A DNA stretch of 64,000 nucleotides from a bacterium UBP2_UBA5202 (GCA_002412795.1 DHVS01000029.1:195282-259281); one strand, 5' to 3'. Counted from the stretch's first letter, positions 51,965 to 63,328 are shown. The notes: generated by a model not told the origin, from the sequence alone. Made by a program: numbers and translations.

Positions 51965-53203
51965 TTACTCGTATCTCAACGCCTCTATCGGGTCCATTTC
52001 CGCCGCCCGCTGGGCTGGATACCACCCGAAGAATATTCCCACCGCCGCCGAAAATCCGAAGCCTAAAAGCACCGACCACCAGCTGACCGAAGCCGGCAGC
52101 TTGATGACCAGAGAAACCAGCCCGGCCAGGATGAATCCCAGTATCATCCCGGTCACCCCTCCCACCAGCGACAGGCTCACCGCCTCGATGATGAACTGCC
52201 TCATGATGTCCTTCTTGCGGGCCCCGATGGCCTTCCGGATGCCGATCTCCTTGATCCGCTCGCTGACCGATACCAGCATGATGTTCATGATGCCGATGCC
52301 GCCCACCAAAAGCGACAGCAGGGTTACGCCGATCATCAGGCCGAAGACCCCGGCGGTTATCTTCTTGAATATCCCCATCAGCTGGTCGGCCGTAACTATC
52401 CCGAAGTCATCCGGCCTGGAGGGGGGCACCTTGCGCCTGCGGCGCAGCAGCTCGGTGACCTCATCCTTGGCCGTCTCGATGTGAGCCACGTCCAGCGGCT
52501 GGACCGCGATGGTGACCGAACCGCCCCGGCCCCGGTTGCGGATCTGACCGGTGAATATTTTTTGGAAGGTGGAAATGGGGATGATCAGCATATTGTCCTG
52601 ATCATTCCCCAAAAACGACCCCTTTTTGCCCAGCAGGCCTATCACCTCAAAGCGGTTGCCATTGATGATCACTTCCTTGCCCAATGGATCCTGTTGGCCG
52701 AAAAGTTTTTCCACCACGGTGGAGCCCAGCATGGCCACCTGGCGTCTGTGAACCATGTCCACGTTGGACAGGGGCCGGCCGTCAACGATCTCGTAGTCGG
52801 CGATGAACTGGTATTCTGGGGTGGTGCCGTTTACCTCGGTGCCCATTACTTCCTGTTTCTGGTATTTTACATTGGCCATGTTTTCAAGTATCGGAGCCAC
52901 CCTCAGCACCGAGGGGCAATTGTCCCTGATGGCGTAGGCGTCTTCGATGGTCAGGTTCTTGCGGCCCCTGGTCTTCAGCCAATCGTCATGGCTCATTACC
53001 AGCCCCTGTTTCTGGACATAGAGGGTGGTGGTGCCCAGCGACGACAGTTGTTTGGCGATCATCTTGTTGAAGCCGTCGATCAATGCCAGCATGCCGATCA
53101 CCGTCAGCACCCCGATCATGATGCCCAAAGTGGTCAGCCCCGAGCGGAGCTTGTGTGCCCAGATGGCGTCAAAGGCCAGCCGGACCGATTCCCAGATGTT
53201 CAT
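51965..53203 (-). CDS. ABC transporter permease, MacB/FtsX family
   Basis: 412 aa. N-terminal TM, large periplasmic MacB_PCD-like domain, three C-terminal TM with FtsX pattern (ERIKEIGIRKAIGARKKDI). Confidence 0.87.
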   Translation of the reverse strand: MNIWESVRLAFDAIWAHKLRSGLTTLGIMIGVLTVIGMLALIDGFNKMIAKQLSSLGTTTLYVQKQGLVMSHDDWLKTRGRKNLTIEDAYAIRDNCPSVLRVAPILENMANVKYQKQEVMGTEVNGTTPEYQFIADYEIVDGRPLSNVDMVHRRQVAMLGSTVVEKLFGQQDPLGKEVIINGNRFEVIGLLGKKGSFLGNDQDNMLIIPISTFQKIFTGQIRNRGRGGSVTIAVQPLDVAHIETAKDEVTELLRRRRKVPPSRPDDFGIVTADQLMGIFKKITAGVFGLMIGVTLLSLLVGGIGIMNIMLVSVSERIKEIGIRKAIGARKKDIMRQFIIEAVSLSLVGGVTGMILGFILAGLVSLVIKLPASVSWWSVLLGFGFSAAVGIFFGWYPAQRAAEMDPIEALRYE

Positions 53204-53272
53204 ATTAAAAATCCTTTGAAGCTATATGCTGTAGGCTCTAAGCATGGACTGATAGCTTAAAGCAATAAGGTT

Positions 53273-53953
<681 letters not shown>

Positions 53954-53959
53954 CAGGGC

Positions 53960-55282
53960 CTACTTTCCGGCATTATCTGGTTTCCCGGCCGCCTTGGCGG
54001 TACCGGTCTTTATCTTGTCGTTGTGTTTCAGGTTCCGCAGCACACTAAACGGCCCCTTGACCACTTCCTGGCCTTCGGTCAGGCCGCTGACCACCTCGAT
54101 ATTTTCCTGATCCGATGCCCCGGTCTGCACCGGAGTAATCACCGCCCGTCCTTTTTCCATCACATAGACCACTTCCTGCTCCTTCTCCCTGATCTTTTTG
54201 CCGTCAGCCGAACTGTCTCCGCCGGAAATGCTGCCTTTTTCCTTCCGGCCCTTCTTGGGTTCTGCCTGTTTGCGCTCCATCTCCACTTTGCGCATCACCA
54301 CCGATTGGATGGGGATCAGTATGATGCCGGTCTTATGGGCGGTGGTGATATCCACGTTGGCCGACATCCCGGACTTGAGATCCATCGATTTGTCTGTGAT
54401 CCTGGTCTTGACCGTGTAATTGACAGAAGCGGCGCTGGTGGATGAAGTATTGGTGCTGATGGCGGCGTTGCCCACTTCCGATACCACCCCCTTGAAGGTC
54501 TTGCCGATGATGGCATCCACCTCCACCTGGGCCTCCTGCCCCAGCTTGATGTCCCTGACGTCGCTTTCGTCCACCTGGGCCGCCACTTCCATCTGCGACA
54601 GGTCGGCCACGGTCATGATGACCGAACCGGCGTTGTTCATGGTTCCGGTGACCACCACTTCCCCCACCTCCACGTTCAGCTGAACCACCGTGCCGTTGAT
54701 GGGCGAGGTGATGGTGGTCTTGGCATAGGTGTCCTGGGCCTGCTCCAGCGAAGCCTCGGCCTGGGTCAGCCTGGCCCGGTCCAGATTATACTGGGTGGTG
54801 GTGGCTTCGTGTTCCTCCTGGGAGATCAGCCCGGCGGAAAAGAGTTCCTGCTTGCGCTTGTAGATCAGCTCTGTCTGGGCCAGGTTGGCCTGGGCTAGTT
54901 CCAGGCTGGCCCGGTTCTGCTTGACCTGGGCGGCATAGCTGGCGGGATCGATCTGAACCAGCACCTGTCCCTGGCGGACCCTGTCGCCCTCCTTGACCGG
55001 CAGCCGGGTGACCTTGCCCATCACATAGGCCGAGATCTGGACCACTGTCTCGGCCTTGACATTGCCGGGCGCCGAGACGGTGGAGATGATGTCGCCCTTT
55101 TTGACCTTGGCCGGCTGAACGGTCAGCTTTTTGCTGCCCCGGGCGATATTGGAAACGACCAGGATCAGCACGATGAGCACAGCCCCGGATATGATCCATA
55201 ATTTTTTACTTTTGAAGTTTATCGCTTTCACTTGGCCTCTCCTGAAATTTATTTGAAATGTTTGCTTAAATACTGAAAACAT
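53960..55282 (-). CDS. Efflux transporter periplasmic adaptor (HlyD/MacA family)
   Basis: 440 aa. N-terminal TM, lipoyl/hairpin coiled-coil (QVKQNRASLELAQANLAQTELIYKRKQELF), beta-barrel (ITSPINGTVVQLNVEVGE). Confidence 0.86.
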   Translation of the reverse strand: MFSVFKQTFQINFRRGQVKAINFKSKKLWIISGAVLIVLILVVSNIARGSKKLTVQPAKVKKGDIISTVSAPGNVKAETVVQISAYVMGKVTRLPVKEGDRVRQGQVLVQIDPASYAAQVKQNRASLELAQANLAQTELIYKRKQELFSAGLISQEEHEATTTQYNLDRARLTQAEASLEQAQDTYAKTTITSPINGTVVQLNVEVGEVVVTGTMNNAGSVIMTVADLSQMEVAAQVDESDVRDIKLGQEAQVEVDAIIGKTFKGVVSEVGNAAISTNTSSTSAASVNYTVKTRITDKSMDLKSGMSANVDITTAHKTGIILIPIQSVVMRKVEMERKQAEPKKGRKEKGSISGGDSSADGKKIREKEQEVVYVMEKGRAVITPVQTGASDQENIEVVSGLTEGQEVVKGPFSVLRNLKHNDKIKTGTAKAAGKPDNAGK

Positions 55283-55419
55283 TAGAATCTTATCTCACAC
55301 AGAGACACAAAGACCACAGAGCCTTTACTTAGGTTACAAATTTAGCTAAACTTCTTGGCGTTCTTAGCGGCTTTGTGTGAAGAGTAATTTGCAGATATAT
55401 TCTTGTTGATCGGAGCCAG

Positions 55420-56691
55420 TTACCACTTGCCCAAAGCCTTGTCCAGCCTGGCCAGGGACAGGTAATAATCGCACAAAGTATTGGCCGCCTGCTGCTGGGC
55501 CTGGTTGTAGGTCAGCTGGCTGGACAGCAGGTCCAGCACCGAGGCCGAACCCAGCCGGTATTTTTCAGTGGTCAGCTTGTAATCTTCTCCAGCCTGCTGC
55601 AGCAGATCGGTCACCAGGCCGATGGCTTCACGGGACATGGCCAGGCTCAGTTTGGCCAGCTTCAGCTCGGAATAGACCGCCTGCCGGGCCGAAAAGAGAT
55701 CGGCGTCGGCTGTTTTCAACTGGGCGGCGGCCTGGCGGATGCGGGAGGCGGAAATGCCTCCGTCAAATATATTCCAGTTCAATGAAAGAGATGCGCTCCA
55801 GGAGTCGCGGTCTATCCAGTCGGAATTATCCTTGAATTGCCGCGAGTCGGAATATCCGTAACTATAGGAACCGGATAGGTAAGGGAGTTTGTCAAGCCAG
55901 GCCGACCAAAGCCCGGTTTTTTTGCTTTTTTGGTTCTTGCTGGCCAGACGATAGGCCGGGTTCTGTTCCAGTTCGGAGGCAGTGACACTGTCGTTGAAAG
56001 CTTTCATCAGGCTGGTGTCGGGGAAATCCAGGCTGGGATTGATGACCGCTTCGCCCGAAAGGCCCAGCAGGCCGGCCAGCGATTGCTTGGCGGTCAGCAG
56101 ATTGCTCTCGGACGAGAGCAGGTCCACCCGGTTCTGGGTCAGCCTGACCTGGATTTTAAGCATGTCGGCCCGGCTTAAGGAACCCAGTTGAAACATGGCT
56201 TCGGCCCGCTTGGACTGTTCCTGGCTTTGCTTGACCGAAGACCGGGCCACTTCCACCGCCTTTTCCAGCTTGGCCAGCCCGTAGAACGCCTCCTTTACCC
56301 GGTAGGCCAGCGAAGCCACCGCCAGCTGGTAGGCCGCCCCGGCCGACTGCCGGGCCAGCGCCGTGCCGGTGATATCGGCCCAGCCGGACAGGTTAACCAG
56401 GCTCATCCCGACGTTCAGGCCGGTACTGTAGGTGTTGGAATGCCCGTTCTGGTCGACGGTGGCCGGGCCTCTCTGGGAAAAACTGGAGTTTGCCGAGAGG
56501 TGGGGAAGAATGGTTCCCACCGAACCCTGCAAGGATGCTCCGGCCAGGCTCAGATTGGCCTGGGCCTTTTTAAGCTCCGGGCTTTGCTTTAAAGCCAGGG
56601 AGACGCACTGCTCCACGTTCAGGGAATCTACGGCTTGGGCTGGCCAGGAGAATTGTAACAGGATAAAAACCGCTAAAACTATCTTTTTCAT
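55420..56691 (-). CDS. TolC-family outer membrane efflux protein
   Basis: 423 aa. Signal peptide. Two internally repeated OEP halves with coiled-coil segments. Confidence 0.85.
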   Translation of the reverse strand: MKKIVLAVFILLQFSWPAQAVDSLNVEQCVSLALKQSPELKKAQANLSLAGASLQGSVGTILPHLSANSSFSQRGPATVDQNGHSNTYSTGLNVGMSLVNLSGWADITGTALARQSAGAAYQLAVASLAYRVKEAFYGLAKLEKAVEVARSSVKQSQEQSKRAEAMFQLGSLSRADMLKIQVRLTQNRVDLLSSESNLLTAKQSLAGLLGLSGEAVINPSLDFPDTSLMKAFNDSVTASELEQNPAYRLASKNQKSKKTGLWSAWLDKLPYLSGSYSYGYSDSRQFKDNSDWIDRDSWSASLSLNWNIFDGGISASRIRQAAAQLKTADADLFSARQAVYSELKLAKLSLAMSREAIGLVTDLLQQAGEDYKLTTEKYRLGSASVLDLLSSQLTYNQAQQQAANTLCDYYLSLARLDKALGKW

Positions 56692-56735
56692 GGCATCTTT
56701 ATAATTGTGTTGCTTCGTATGTTGACCGATTGATC

Positions 56736-57359
56736 TTATAATAGATTGTTCCCGATAACATTACGGACTTCCCGATGCAAATGTTTCCCGTTCTTAGCCG
56801 CCCCGTATAAAAATAATTCCATGATCCGGTCGACGATCTTGTCCTTTCCCTGCCCGGAGAACTCCATCACCGTCGTTTTGGTCATTACTGCCAGCTGGAT
56901 GGCCAGCAAACGGGGGTTTTCTCTGACAAAATGGCCGTCTTTCATTCCTTTTTCAATGACCTCGGCGATTGAATTTATGATCTTTTTGTTCTGTAAGTGA
57001 ATGGACTTATGCCGTTTGTGCATGTCCCGGGCTCCGGTCTCGGCTATCAATTTAAATAGGCTTCGGTTTTTCAGCAGCAGATCTGCCATATCCGACATCA
57101 TCTTCCCCAGTTTTTGTTCTGGCGAAGCTTTGCTTTCCAGATCAATCGAAAGGCAGGTCAAAAGGTCTTCCACCGCCTGGTCCAGGATGCTGAAATACAG
57201 GTCGTCCTTGCTGCTGAAATAGCGGTAGATGGTGCCCTTGCCGATGCCGGCCTTCCCGGCCACATCTTCCATCAGGGTCTTCTGGAACCCCCTCTTGGCA
57301 AACACCGCCGCGGCGGCTTTTAATATTTCCTGGCGTTTCAGATCGGTAACCGTTCTCAT
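56736..57359 (-). CDS. TetR/AcrR family transcriptional regulator
   Basis: Likely start MRTVTDLKRQEILKAAAAVFAKRGFQKTLMEDVAGKAGIGKGTIYRYFSSKDDLY (HTH) at 57359. First gene of the efflux operon. Confidence 0.88.
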   Translation of the reverse strand: MRTVTDLKRQEILKAAAAVFAKRGFQKTLMEDVAGKAGIGKGTIYRYFSSKDDLYFSILDQAVEDLLTCLSIDLESKASPEQKLGKMMSDMADLLLKNRSLFKLIAETGARDMHKRHKSIHLQNKKIINSIAEVIEKGMKDGHFVRENPRLLAIQLAVMTKTTVMEFSGQGKDKIVDRIMELFLYGAAKNGKHLHREVRNVIGNNLL

Positions 57360-57588
57360 TTTATGCCTTTGTAAAATGGATAATGGAACTGACTGGTCAG
57401 TTCTATTATATGCCATAAACCATAATATGTCAAGGGGGTTCAAAATGTTTTTAGGAATCAGCTAACGGCCTTTCACCGGAGGCTCCCGCCCTGGAGGGTA
57501 ACGGATGCCTGAGGGAAAGGCCGTTTAATGGTAAAATTATTATAATCATTAGACCGCGGATACCGGTAAAAGGTTTAATCGGAAACAA

Positions 57589-57618
57589 TAATAGCCCAGC
57601 CATTTATGGCTGGGCTAT
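57589..57618 (-). terminator. Hairpin after the acyl-CoA dehydrogenase gene (probable terminator)
   Basis: AATAGCCCAGCC-ATAAA-TGGCTGGGCTATT followed by a T-rich stretch on the minus strand, about 20 nt past the stop. Confidence 0.5.
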
Positions 57619-57638
57619 TAAAGCAAAGAAACTGTCCC

Positions 57639-58802
57639 TTATTCCTTCCCTCCGGCCGCCTCCTTGATCAGGTTGGAGGCGATCACGGTGCGCTGGATCT
57701 GGTTGGTGCCCTCGTAGATCTGGGTGATCTTGGCGTCTCGCATCATCTTCTCCACCGGGTATTCCTTCATGTAGCCGTAGCCTCCCAATACCTGGACCGC
57801 GTTGGTGGTCACTTCCATGGCCACATCCGAGGCGAAGCACTTGCACATGGCGCTCTCCTTGGCGAACTTCTTCTCGCCGGAGTCTATCATCCTGGCAGTG
57901 GCATAGACCAGCGACCGGGCGGCCTCCAGCTTCATGGCCATGTCGGCCAGCATGAACTGCACCCCCTGGAAGGCCGAGATCGGCTTGCCGAACTGGACCC
58001 GCTCCCGGGAATACTTGACCGCCTCGTCCAGCGCCCCCTGGGCGATGCCCAGAGCCTGGGCCGCCACGCCGGGCCGGGTCCGGTCCAAGGTGCCCATGGC
58101 CACTAAGAAACCCATGCCCTCCTTGCCCAGCACCTGGTCCTTGTGGATCCGGCAGTTGTCGAACACCAGTTCGCGGGTGACCGAGGCCCGGATGCCCATC
58201 TTGTTCTCCTTCTTGCCGAAGGAGAAGCCGGGGGTGCCCTTTTCCACGATGAAGGCGGTGGCCCCGCGGCTGCCCTTGGCCTTGTCGGTCAGGGCCACCA
58301 CGGTATAGATCTCGGCCTCGCCGCCGTTGGTGATCCACTGCTTGGTGCCGTTAAGTACGAAGAAATCCCCGTCTTTGACCGCGGTGGTCTGGATCCCTCC
58401 GGCATCCGACCCGGCGTTGGCCTCGGTCAGGCCGAAGGCCCCCAGTTTCTTGCCGCTGGCGATGTCCGGCAGATATTTTTTCTTCTGCTCCTCGGTGCCG
58501 AACAGGATGATGGGAAAGGTTCCCAGCCCGGTGGCGGCAAAGGACAGCGAGATGCCCCCGCAAAAACGGGACAGCTCCTCGGTGGCGATCACCATCTCCA
58601 TCACCCCGCCGCCCAGGCCGCCGTAAGCCGCCGGGATATAGACCCCGCAGATGTCGGCCTCGGCCAGCAGCTTGATTATGTCCCAGGGGAATTCACCGGT
58701 CTCGTCGTAATGCTCGCGCACCGGCTTGATCTTCTCCACCCCTATCTTGTGGCAGAGGTCCTTGATCATCATCTGTTCTTCGGTCAGGTAATAATTCATC
58801 AT
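57639..58802 (-). CDS. Acyl-CoA dehydrogenase (short/medium-chain type)
   Basis: 387 aa. LTEANAGSDAGG, GTKQWITNG, QFGKPISAFQGVQFMLADM, C-terminal catalytic ...YEGTNQIQR. Confidence 0.94.
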   Translation of the reverse strand: MMNYYLTEEQMMIKDLCHKIGVEKIKPVREHYDETGEFPWDIIKLLAEADICGVYIPAAYGGLGGGVMEMVIATEELSRFCGGISLSFAATGLGTFPIILFGTEEQKKKYLPDIASGKKLGAFGLTEANAGSDAGGIQTTAVKDGDFFVLNGTKQWITNGGEAEIYTVVALTDKAKGSRGATAFIVEKGTPGFSFGKKENKMGIRASVTRELVFDNCRIHKDQVLGKEGMGFLVAMGTLDRTRPGVAAQALGIAQGALDEAVKYSRERVQFGKPISAFQGVQFMLADMAMKLEAARSLVYATARMIDSGEKKFAKESAMCKCFASDVAMEVTTNAVQVLGGYGYMKEYPVEKMMRDAKITQIYEGTNQIQRTVIASNLIKEAAGGKE

Positions 58803-58982
58803 GATGGTTCTGGCTGTCCTTTTGATTTATTTGTGAAAATATGTATTCCAGGATAAGAAAACTTGCGTGAATTCTCGTTTACCTTGATCGGCCACATAGA
58901 TCGGCCACATAAAGCACATAAATCACAAAATAAATTTTTTTTTGTGCACTCTGTGCCTTTTGTGGCTAAATTAGACAGGTAT

Positions 58983-59723
58983 CTATGATCCCTCACTCTT
59001 GAGTTTTTCCAGGGTCTGCTGGGCCGCCAGCTGTTCGGCTTCCTTCTTGGTGCCGGCCCGGGCCAGTCCGTAGCGCTTGCGGGAGATCTTCAGCTCCACC
59101 TCAAAGGTGCGGTGGTGCTCGGGGCCGGCGTCCGACTTAAGACTGTAACGGACGGGTCGGTCATCCCGGCGGGACTGCATGTATTCCTGGAGCAGTCCCT
59201 TGAAATTCTTGTAGGCCTCGTTGTTGGAAAGATGGATGATCTGCCAAAAGAGCGTCTTTTGCAGGAATATCCTGACCGCATTAAGGCCCGAATCCAGGTA
59301 ATAGGCCGCGATCAGCGATTCCATGGCATCACAGAGGATGGAGTCCTTGTAGCGCCCACCGGAAGAAACCTCCTCCCGCGACATCTCCAGCAGTTCCCCC
59401 ACCCCCAGTTCCTTGGCCAGCTTGGCCAGTATCTTCTTGCTGACCACCAGTGACCGGACCTCGGTCAGCTGGCCCTCGTCGTCCTTGGGCCGGCTGGTGT
59501 ACAGGTATTCGCAGACCAAAAGACCCAGCACCGAATCGCCCAAAAGTTCCAGCCGTTCGTTGGAATCTATGTGGCGCCCGGCGGCTGAACGGTGTTTAAG
59601 GGCCTGGAGAAAATAACTGCGGTTCTTTATCTTCCATCCCAGCCGCTGCCGGATCTTGTCCAGGGCCTGCTGGCGTTCCGGGGAGAGTTTTTTATTCCCA
59701 GCGCCGAATAACTTTTTAAACAA
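58983..59723 (-). CDS. rnc: Ribonuclease III
   Basis: RNase III signature ERLELLGDSVLGL, followed by a dsRBD (PEHHRTFEVELKI...GTKKEAEQLAAQ). Confidence 0.93.
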   Translation of the reverse strand: MFKKLFGAGNKKLSPERQQALDKIRQRLGWKIKNRSYFLQALKHRSAAGRHIDSNERLELLGDSVLGLLVCEYLYTSRPKDDEGQLTEVRSLVVSKKILAKLAKELGVGELLEMSREEVSSGGRYKDSILCDAMESLIAAYYLDSGLNAVRIFLQKTLFWQIIHLSNNEAYKNFKGLLQEYMQSRRDDRPVRYSLKSDAGPEHHRTFEVELKISRKRYGLARAGTKKEAEQLAAQQTLEKLKSEGS

Positions 59724-59821
59724 TTGAATACCTGGATTGAATATTAGAAAATTTGACTTCCAAACGACAAATTCAGATTAAAGTGATTTTTGATGATGCT
59801 GTTGTAATATATTGTTAAGCC

Positions 59822-61075
59822 TTACGATATGAATTCCCTGAAAGCCAGGGAAACATTGTGCCCGCCGAAACCGAATGAATTGGAAAGCGCCGCTTTGACC
59901 TTGGCCGTCCGGGCCTTATTGGGCACGTAATCCAGATCGCATTCCGGGTCCGGAGTGGTGTAATTTACGGTGGGATGTATGACCCCATGCTTGATGGTCA
60001 GCACCGTGGCGATGGCCTCCACCCCGCCGGCCGCGCCCAAAAGATGCCCGGTCATGGATTTGGTGGAAGAGACCGCCAGTTTTTTGGCATGCTCGCCAAA
60101 GACAGTTTTGATGGCCGCAGTTTCGTATTTGTCGTTCATGTCGGTGGAAGTGCCGTGGGCGTTGACGTAATCAACCTCCTCCGGCTTCAGATCGCCTGTC
60201 CTCAGCGCCATTTTCATGGCCCGGGCCGCTCCCTCCCCTCCGGGGGCCGGGGCCGTCATATGATAGGCATCTCCGCTGGCGCCATAGCCGCAGATCTCGG
60301 CATAGATCTTGGCGCCCCGGGCCTTGGCGTGTTCCAACTCTTCCAGCACCAGTATCCCTGCCCCCTCGCCCATCACAAAGCCGTCGCGGTCCTTGTCGAA
60401 GGGCCGGGAGGCCTGTTCCGGATGGTCGTTGCGCAGGGAAAGCGCCCTCATGGCGCAGAAACCGGCCAGGGCCAGCGGGGTGACCGGGGCTTCGGCCCCG
60501 CCGCAGATCATGGCATCGCAGTCCCCGGTCTGGATGCTTTTCATCGATTCGCCTATGGCATGCCCTCCCGAGGCGCAGGCCGAGACCGTGGCCAAGTTGA
60601 GGCCTTTGGCCCCGAAGGCTATGGACACCTGTCCGGCCGCAATGTCGATGATCATCATGGGCACGAAGAACGGCGAGATCCTGTCCGGACCGGCTTCCAG
60701 CAGCTTTTGGTGCTGGGCCTCCCAGGTCTCGGTGCCGCCGATGCCGGAACCGATGATCACTCCCACCCGTTCGGCGAATTCGCCTTCGATCTTCAGGCCC
60801 GAGTCCTCCACCGCCATCTTGGCTGCCGCCATGGCGTAATGGGTGCAGCGGTCCATCCGGCGCAGTTCCTTGCGGTCCATGAACTGGGCCGGGTCAAAAT
60901 CCTTGACCTCGCCGGCGATCCGGGCGCTATATTTTGATACGTCGAACCGGGTGATCTGCCCAATCCCATTCCGGCCCTCGGTCAGACTTTTCCAAAATTC
61001 ATCCTGACTGTTTCCCACGGGGGATATGACCCCCATTCCGGTGATGACAACCCTTCGTTTCATAATCTTTTTCAA
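59822..61075 (-). CDS. fabF: Beta-ketoacyl-ACP synthase II
   Basis: [16 protein letters not shown], active-site [31 protein letters not shown]. Confidence 0.96.
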   Translation of the reverse strand: MKKIMKRRVVITGMGVISPVGNSQDEFWKSLTEGRNGIGQITRFDVSKYSARIAGEVKDFDPAQFMDRKELRRMDRCTHYAMAAAKMAVEDSGLKIEGEFAERVGVIIGSGIGGTETWEAQHQKLLEAGPDRISPFFVPMMIIDIAAGQVSIAFGAKGLNLATVSACASGGHAIGESMKSIQTGDCDAMICGGAEAPVTPLALAGFCAMRALSLRNDHPEQASRPFDKDRDGFVMGEGAGILVLEELEHAKARGAKIYAEICGYGASGDAYHMTAPAPGGEGAARAMKMALRTGDLKPEEVDYVNAHGTSTDMNDKYETAAIKTVFGEHAKKLAVSSTKSMTGHLLGAAGGVEAIATVLTIKHGVIHPTVNYTTPDPECDLDYVPNKARTAKVKAALSNSFGFGGHNVSLAFREFIS

Positions 61076-61098
61076 TCTGCCGTTGTTGTTTTTGGATG

Positions 61099-61131
61099 GA
61101 GAGGCGCCTGCTTTAAAAAGCGCCTCTCCTG
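61099..61131 (-). promoter_or_regulatory. Stable hairpin between acpP and fabF (possible attenuator or processing site)
   Basis: GGAGAGGCGC...GCGCCTCTCC 10-bp stem with a 12-nt loop, in the 78-nt acpP-fabF spacer. Confidence 0.4.
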
Positions 61132-61153
61132 TTTCTGCTCGGGGTCAGGGTAT

Positions 61154-61411
61154 TTATTTGCCGGCCTTCTCGGCCATCTTCTTTTCGATATATTCCACCG
61201 CCACGCCCACCTTGGTAAGCTTTTCGGCTTCGTCGTCCGGGATCTCCATCCCGAATTTCTCTTCCAGGGCCATCACCAGTTCCACGGTGTCCAGTGAATC
61301 GGCGCCCAGATCCTCGATGAACGAGGCCTCCATGGTCACCTGCGAAGCGTCCACGCCCAACCGGTCGATGACGATCTTCTTGACATCATCAATAATTGCC
61401 ATTTGTTTCAC
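61154..61411 (-). CDS. acpP: Acyl carrier protein
   Basis: [20 protein letters not shown] phosphopantetheine-attachment motif. The true start may be the second Met (61402). Confidence 0.94.
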   Translation of the reverse strand: MKQMAIIDDVKKIVIDRLGVDASQVTMEASFIEDLGADSLDTVELVMALEEKFGMEIPDDEAEKLTKVGVAVEYIEKKMAEKAGK

Positions 61412-61472
61412 CTCCTTTTCAAGTAGTTTATTTAATTGTTGGTATGTTTGATTTGCTTGATTTCTTATCCTG

Positions 61473-61576
61473 CTGTCATGGATGTCATCCCGAGGTTTCT
61501 TTCTTGCCCGGCTGTCTGAGGGATGACACTTTCACCCTTCGATTTGTAAGGCACGGTGCAACGCTCAGGGTGACAG
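61473..61576. repeat. GTCAYCC...GGRTGAC hairpin repeat element between fabG and acpP
   Basis: TGTCATCCC-N29-GGGATGACA followed by TCACCCT-N31-AGGGTGA. Same family as 3805-3981. Confidence 0.6.
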
Positions 61577-61610
61577 ATAAATTAGTGCCTTTTCGTGGGG
61601 GATCGAAGGG

Positions 61611-62351
61611 TCACATCACCAAACCGCCGTCCACCTGCAGCACCTGGCCGGTGATATAGGTCGACTGCTCGGAGACCAGGAACAGCACCGCGTTGGCCAC
61701 ATCGTCCACGCTGCCCATCCGGCCCAGCGGGATGCCCTTCTTGTAGTTCTCCTTGACCTCGTCGCTTAGCTTGGCGGTCATGGCGGTCTCGATGAAGCCC
61801 GGGGCAATGGCGTTGCAGGTGATGTTGCGCGAGGCGAACTCCTTGGCGGTGGACTTGGTGAAGGCTATCAGCCCGCCCTTGCTGGCCGCGTAGTTGGACT
61901 GCCCGGCGTTGCCCATCACGCCGATGACCGAGGACATGTTGACGATCCGGCCATAGCGCTGTTTCATCATGATCCGGGTGACGGCCTTGGTCAGCAGGAA
62001 TGCGCCTTTAAGGTTGACGTCCAGCACCAGGTCCCAGTCCTTCTCCTCCATCCGCATCATCAGGTTGTCGCGGGTGACCCCGGCATTGTTGACTAAGATG
62101 TCCAATGCCGGGAATGTCTCCTGGGCCTTCTTGACCAGTTCCGTGACCTCGTTGGCATCGGCCACGTTGCATTTGACTGCGATGGCCTTCCGGCCCATGG
62201 CCTCGATCTCTTTAACGGTCTTCTCGGCCTCTTCAATATTGACATCGCTGACCACGATGTTGGCCCCGGCCTTGGCCAGCGCCAGGGCAATTGATTTCCC
62301 TATGCCCTGGGCCGAGCCGGTGACGATGGCGTTTTTATCTTTTAGTTGCAT
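61611..62351 (-). CDS. fabG: 3-oxoacyl-ACP reductase
   Basis: TGSAQGIGKSIAL (TGxxxGIG), NNAG, SSVIG..YAASKGG catalytic S/YxxxK. 246 aa. Confidence 0.94.
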   Translation of the reverse strand: MQLKDKNAIVTGSAQGIGKSIALALAKAGANIVVSDVNIEEAEKTVKEIEAMGRKAIAVKCNVADANEVTELVKKAQETFPALDILVNNAGVTRDNLMMRMEEKDWDLVLDVNLKGAFLLTKAVTRIMMKQRYGRIVNMSSVIGVMGNAGQSNYAASKGGLIAFTKSTAKEFASRNITCNAIAPGFIETAMTAKLSDEVKENYKKGIPLGRMGSVDDVANAVLFLVSEQSTYITGQVLQVDGGLVM

Positions 62352-62403
62352 AGTTCTAGTGTTATAAATATTAACTTCGCTGTGTGAAATATATTATTCA
62401 TTT

Positions 62404-63312
62404 TTATTTTACCTCAACCGGTGTATACTTTATTACTTTCAAACCTTCGTCGCTTCCTACAATTTGGTAACAATTCAAATGATAATCAAATGCAATATTG
62501 TTGGAACTAGTAATATACGTTTCCTTTTCACCGCTGCCCCAAATACTTGACAATAAATAAACCGTACATTTTGTTTGGCCTTTGCCATTTTGATAAATAA
62601 CTCTCTTTTGTTCAACACCATCAACATAAGCTTTCAAACCATTCAACAAAATACCACGTGCCCATAAACCTTTAGTAAAGGCACCTGTGTCAACAATTGC
62701 AGATTTTGACAAAATGGCATCTGCGTTTTTATTATTAACTTCAGCAGTATATTTTTCAAGCGGCACAAAGCCTTGTATTAGATCACTTGTTTGGGGTCGT
62801 AGTGCTGGCCTTGACCAGACATATATTCCACCATCCATATTATTATAAAAATTAATAGCACCAATTCCGGCAGGGATTGCATATGAATTAACAACTTTTT
62901 TCGTCTTCAAATTAATTTCTGCTATAGCAGGTCTTGCTTTTTTATTATCACGAACCATTAGATACAGTATTTGCACTTTAGAATCAACCGTCATTGCACC
63001 ACGCACTGAAAATTCAGTATTTGACAGTTGTATATCATACAAAAAATTACCATTAGGGCTAAAAACATTGATTTTACAAGTATAAATATCAGCAATATAT
63101 ATTGATCCTTCTTTATCAACTGTCATTGAAGACGAAAAACCTCTAACTTCCTCAAACGGTCCCAATTGAAATTCCCCCAGTTCATTACCCCATTTAGCCT
63201 CAATCAAAACCTTTTTAGTATAACTCTCTGGTGTACTGTCTTGCTGTGCGCACACAACAAAAGCAAAAGAAACCACTAACCCAACTATTAAATATCTAAA
63301 ATAACTTACCAT
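62404..63312 (-). CDS. Hypothetical secreted protein (302 aa), AT-rich insertion in the fab operon
   Basis: Signal peptide (LIVGLVVSFAFVVCAQQ). Beta-rich repeats suggestive of a propeller (EGSIYIADIY..INVFSPNGNFLYDI). Visibly much lower GC than the flanking fab genes. Confidence 0.6.
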   Translation of the reverse strand: MVSYFRYLIVGLVVSFAFVVCAQQDSTPESYTKKVLIEAKWGNELGEFQLGPFEEVRGFSSSMTVDKEGSIYIADIYTCKINVFSPNGNFLYDIQLSNTEFSVRGAMTVDSKVQILYLMVRDNKKARPAIAEINLKTKKVVNSYAIPAGIGAINFYNNMDGGIYVWSRPALRPQTSDLIQGFVPLEKYTAEVNNKNADAILSKSAIVDTGAFTKGLWARGILLNGLKAYVDGVEQKRVIYQNGKGQTKCTVYLLSSIWGSGEKETYITSSNNIAFDYHLNCYQIVGSDEGLKVIKYTPVEVK

Positions 63313-63328
63313 TGGTATTAATAACCTG

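Noticed and set aside
57464-57525. Riboswitch or sRNA upstream of the TetR gene (perfect 11-bp stem AACGGCCTTTC/GAAAGGCCGTT closing a 40-nt loop)
   Set aside because: No match to any riboswitch consensus I know. It resembles the other REP-like hairpins of this genome. It cannot be evaluated further without covariation data.
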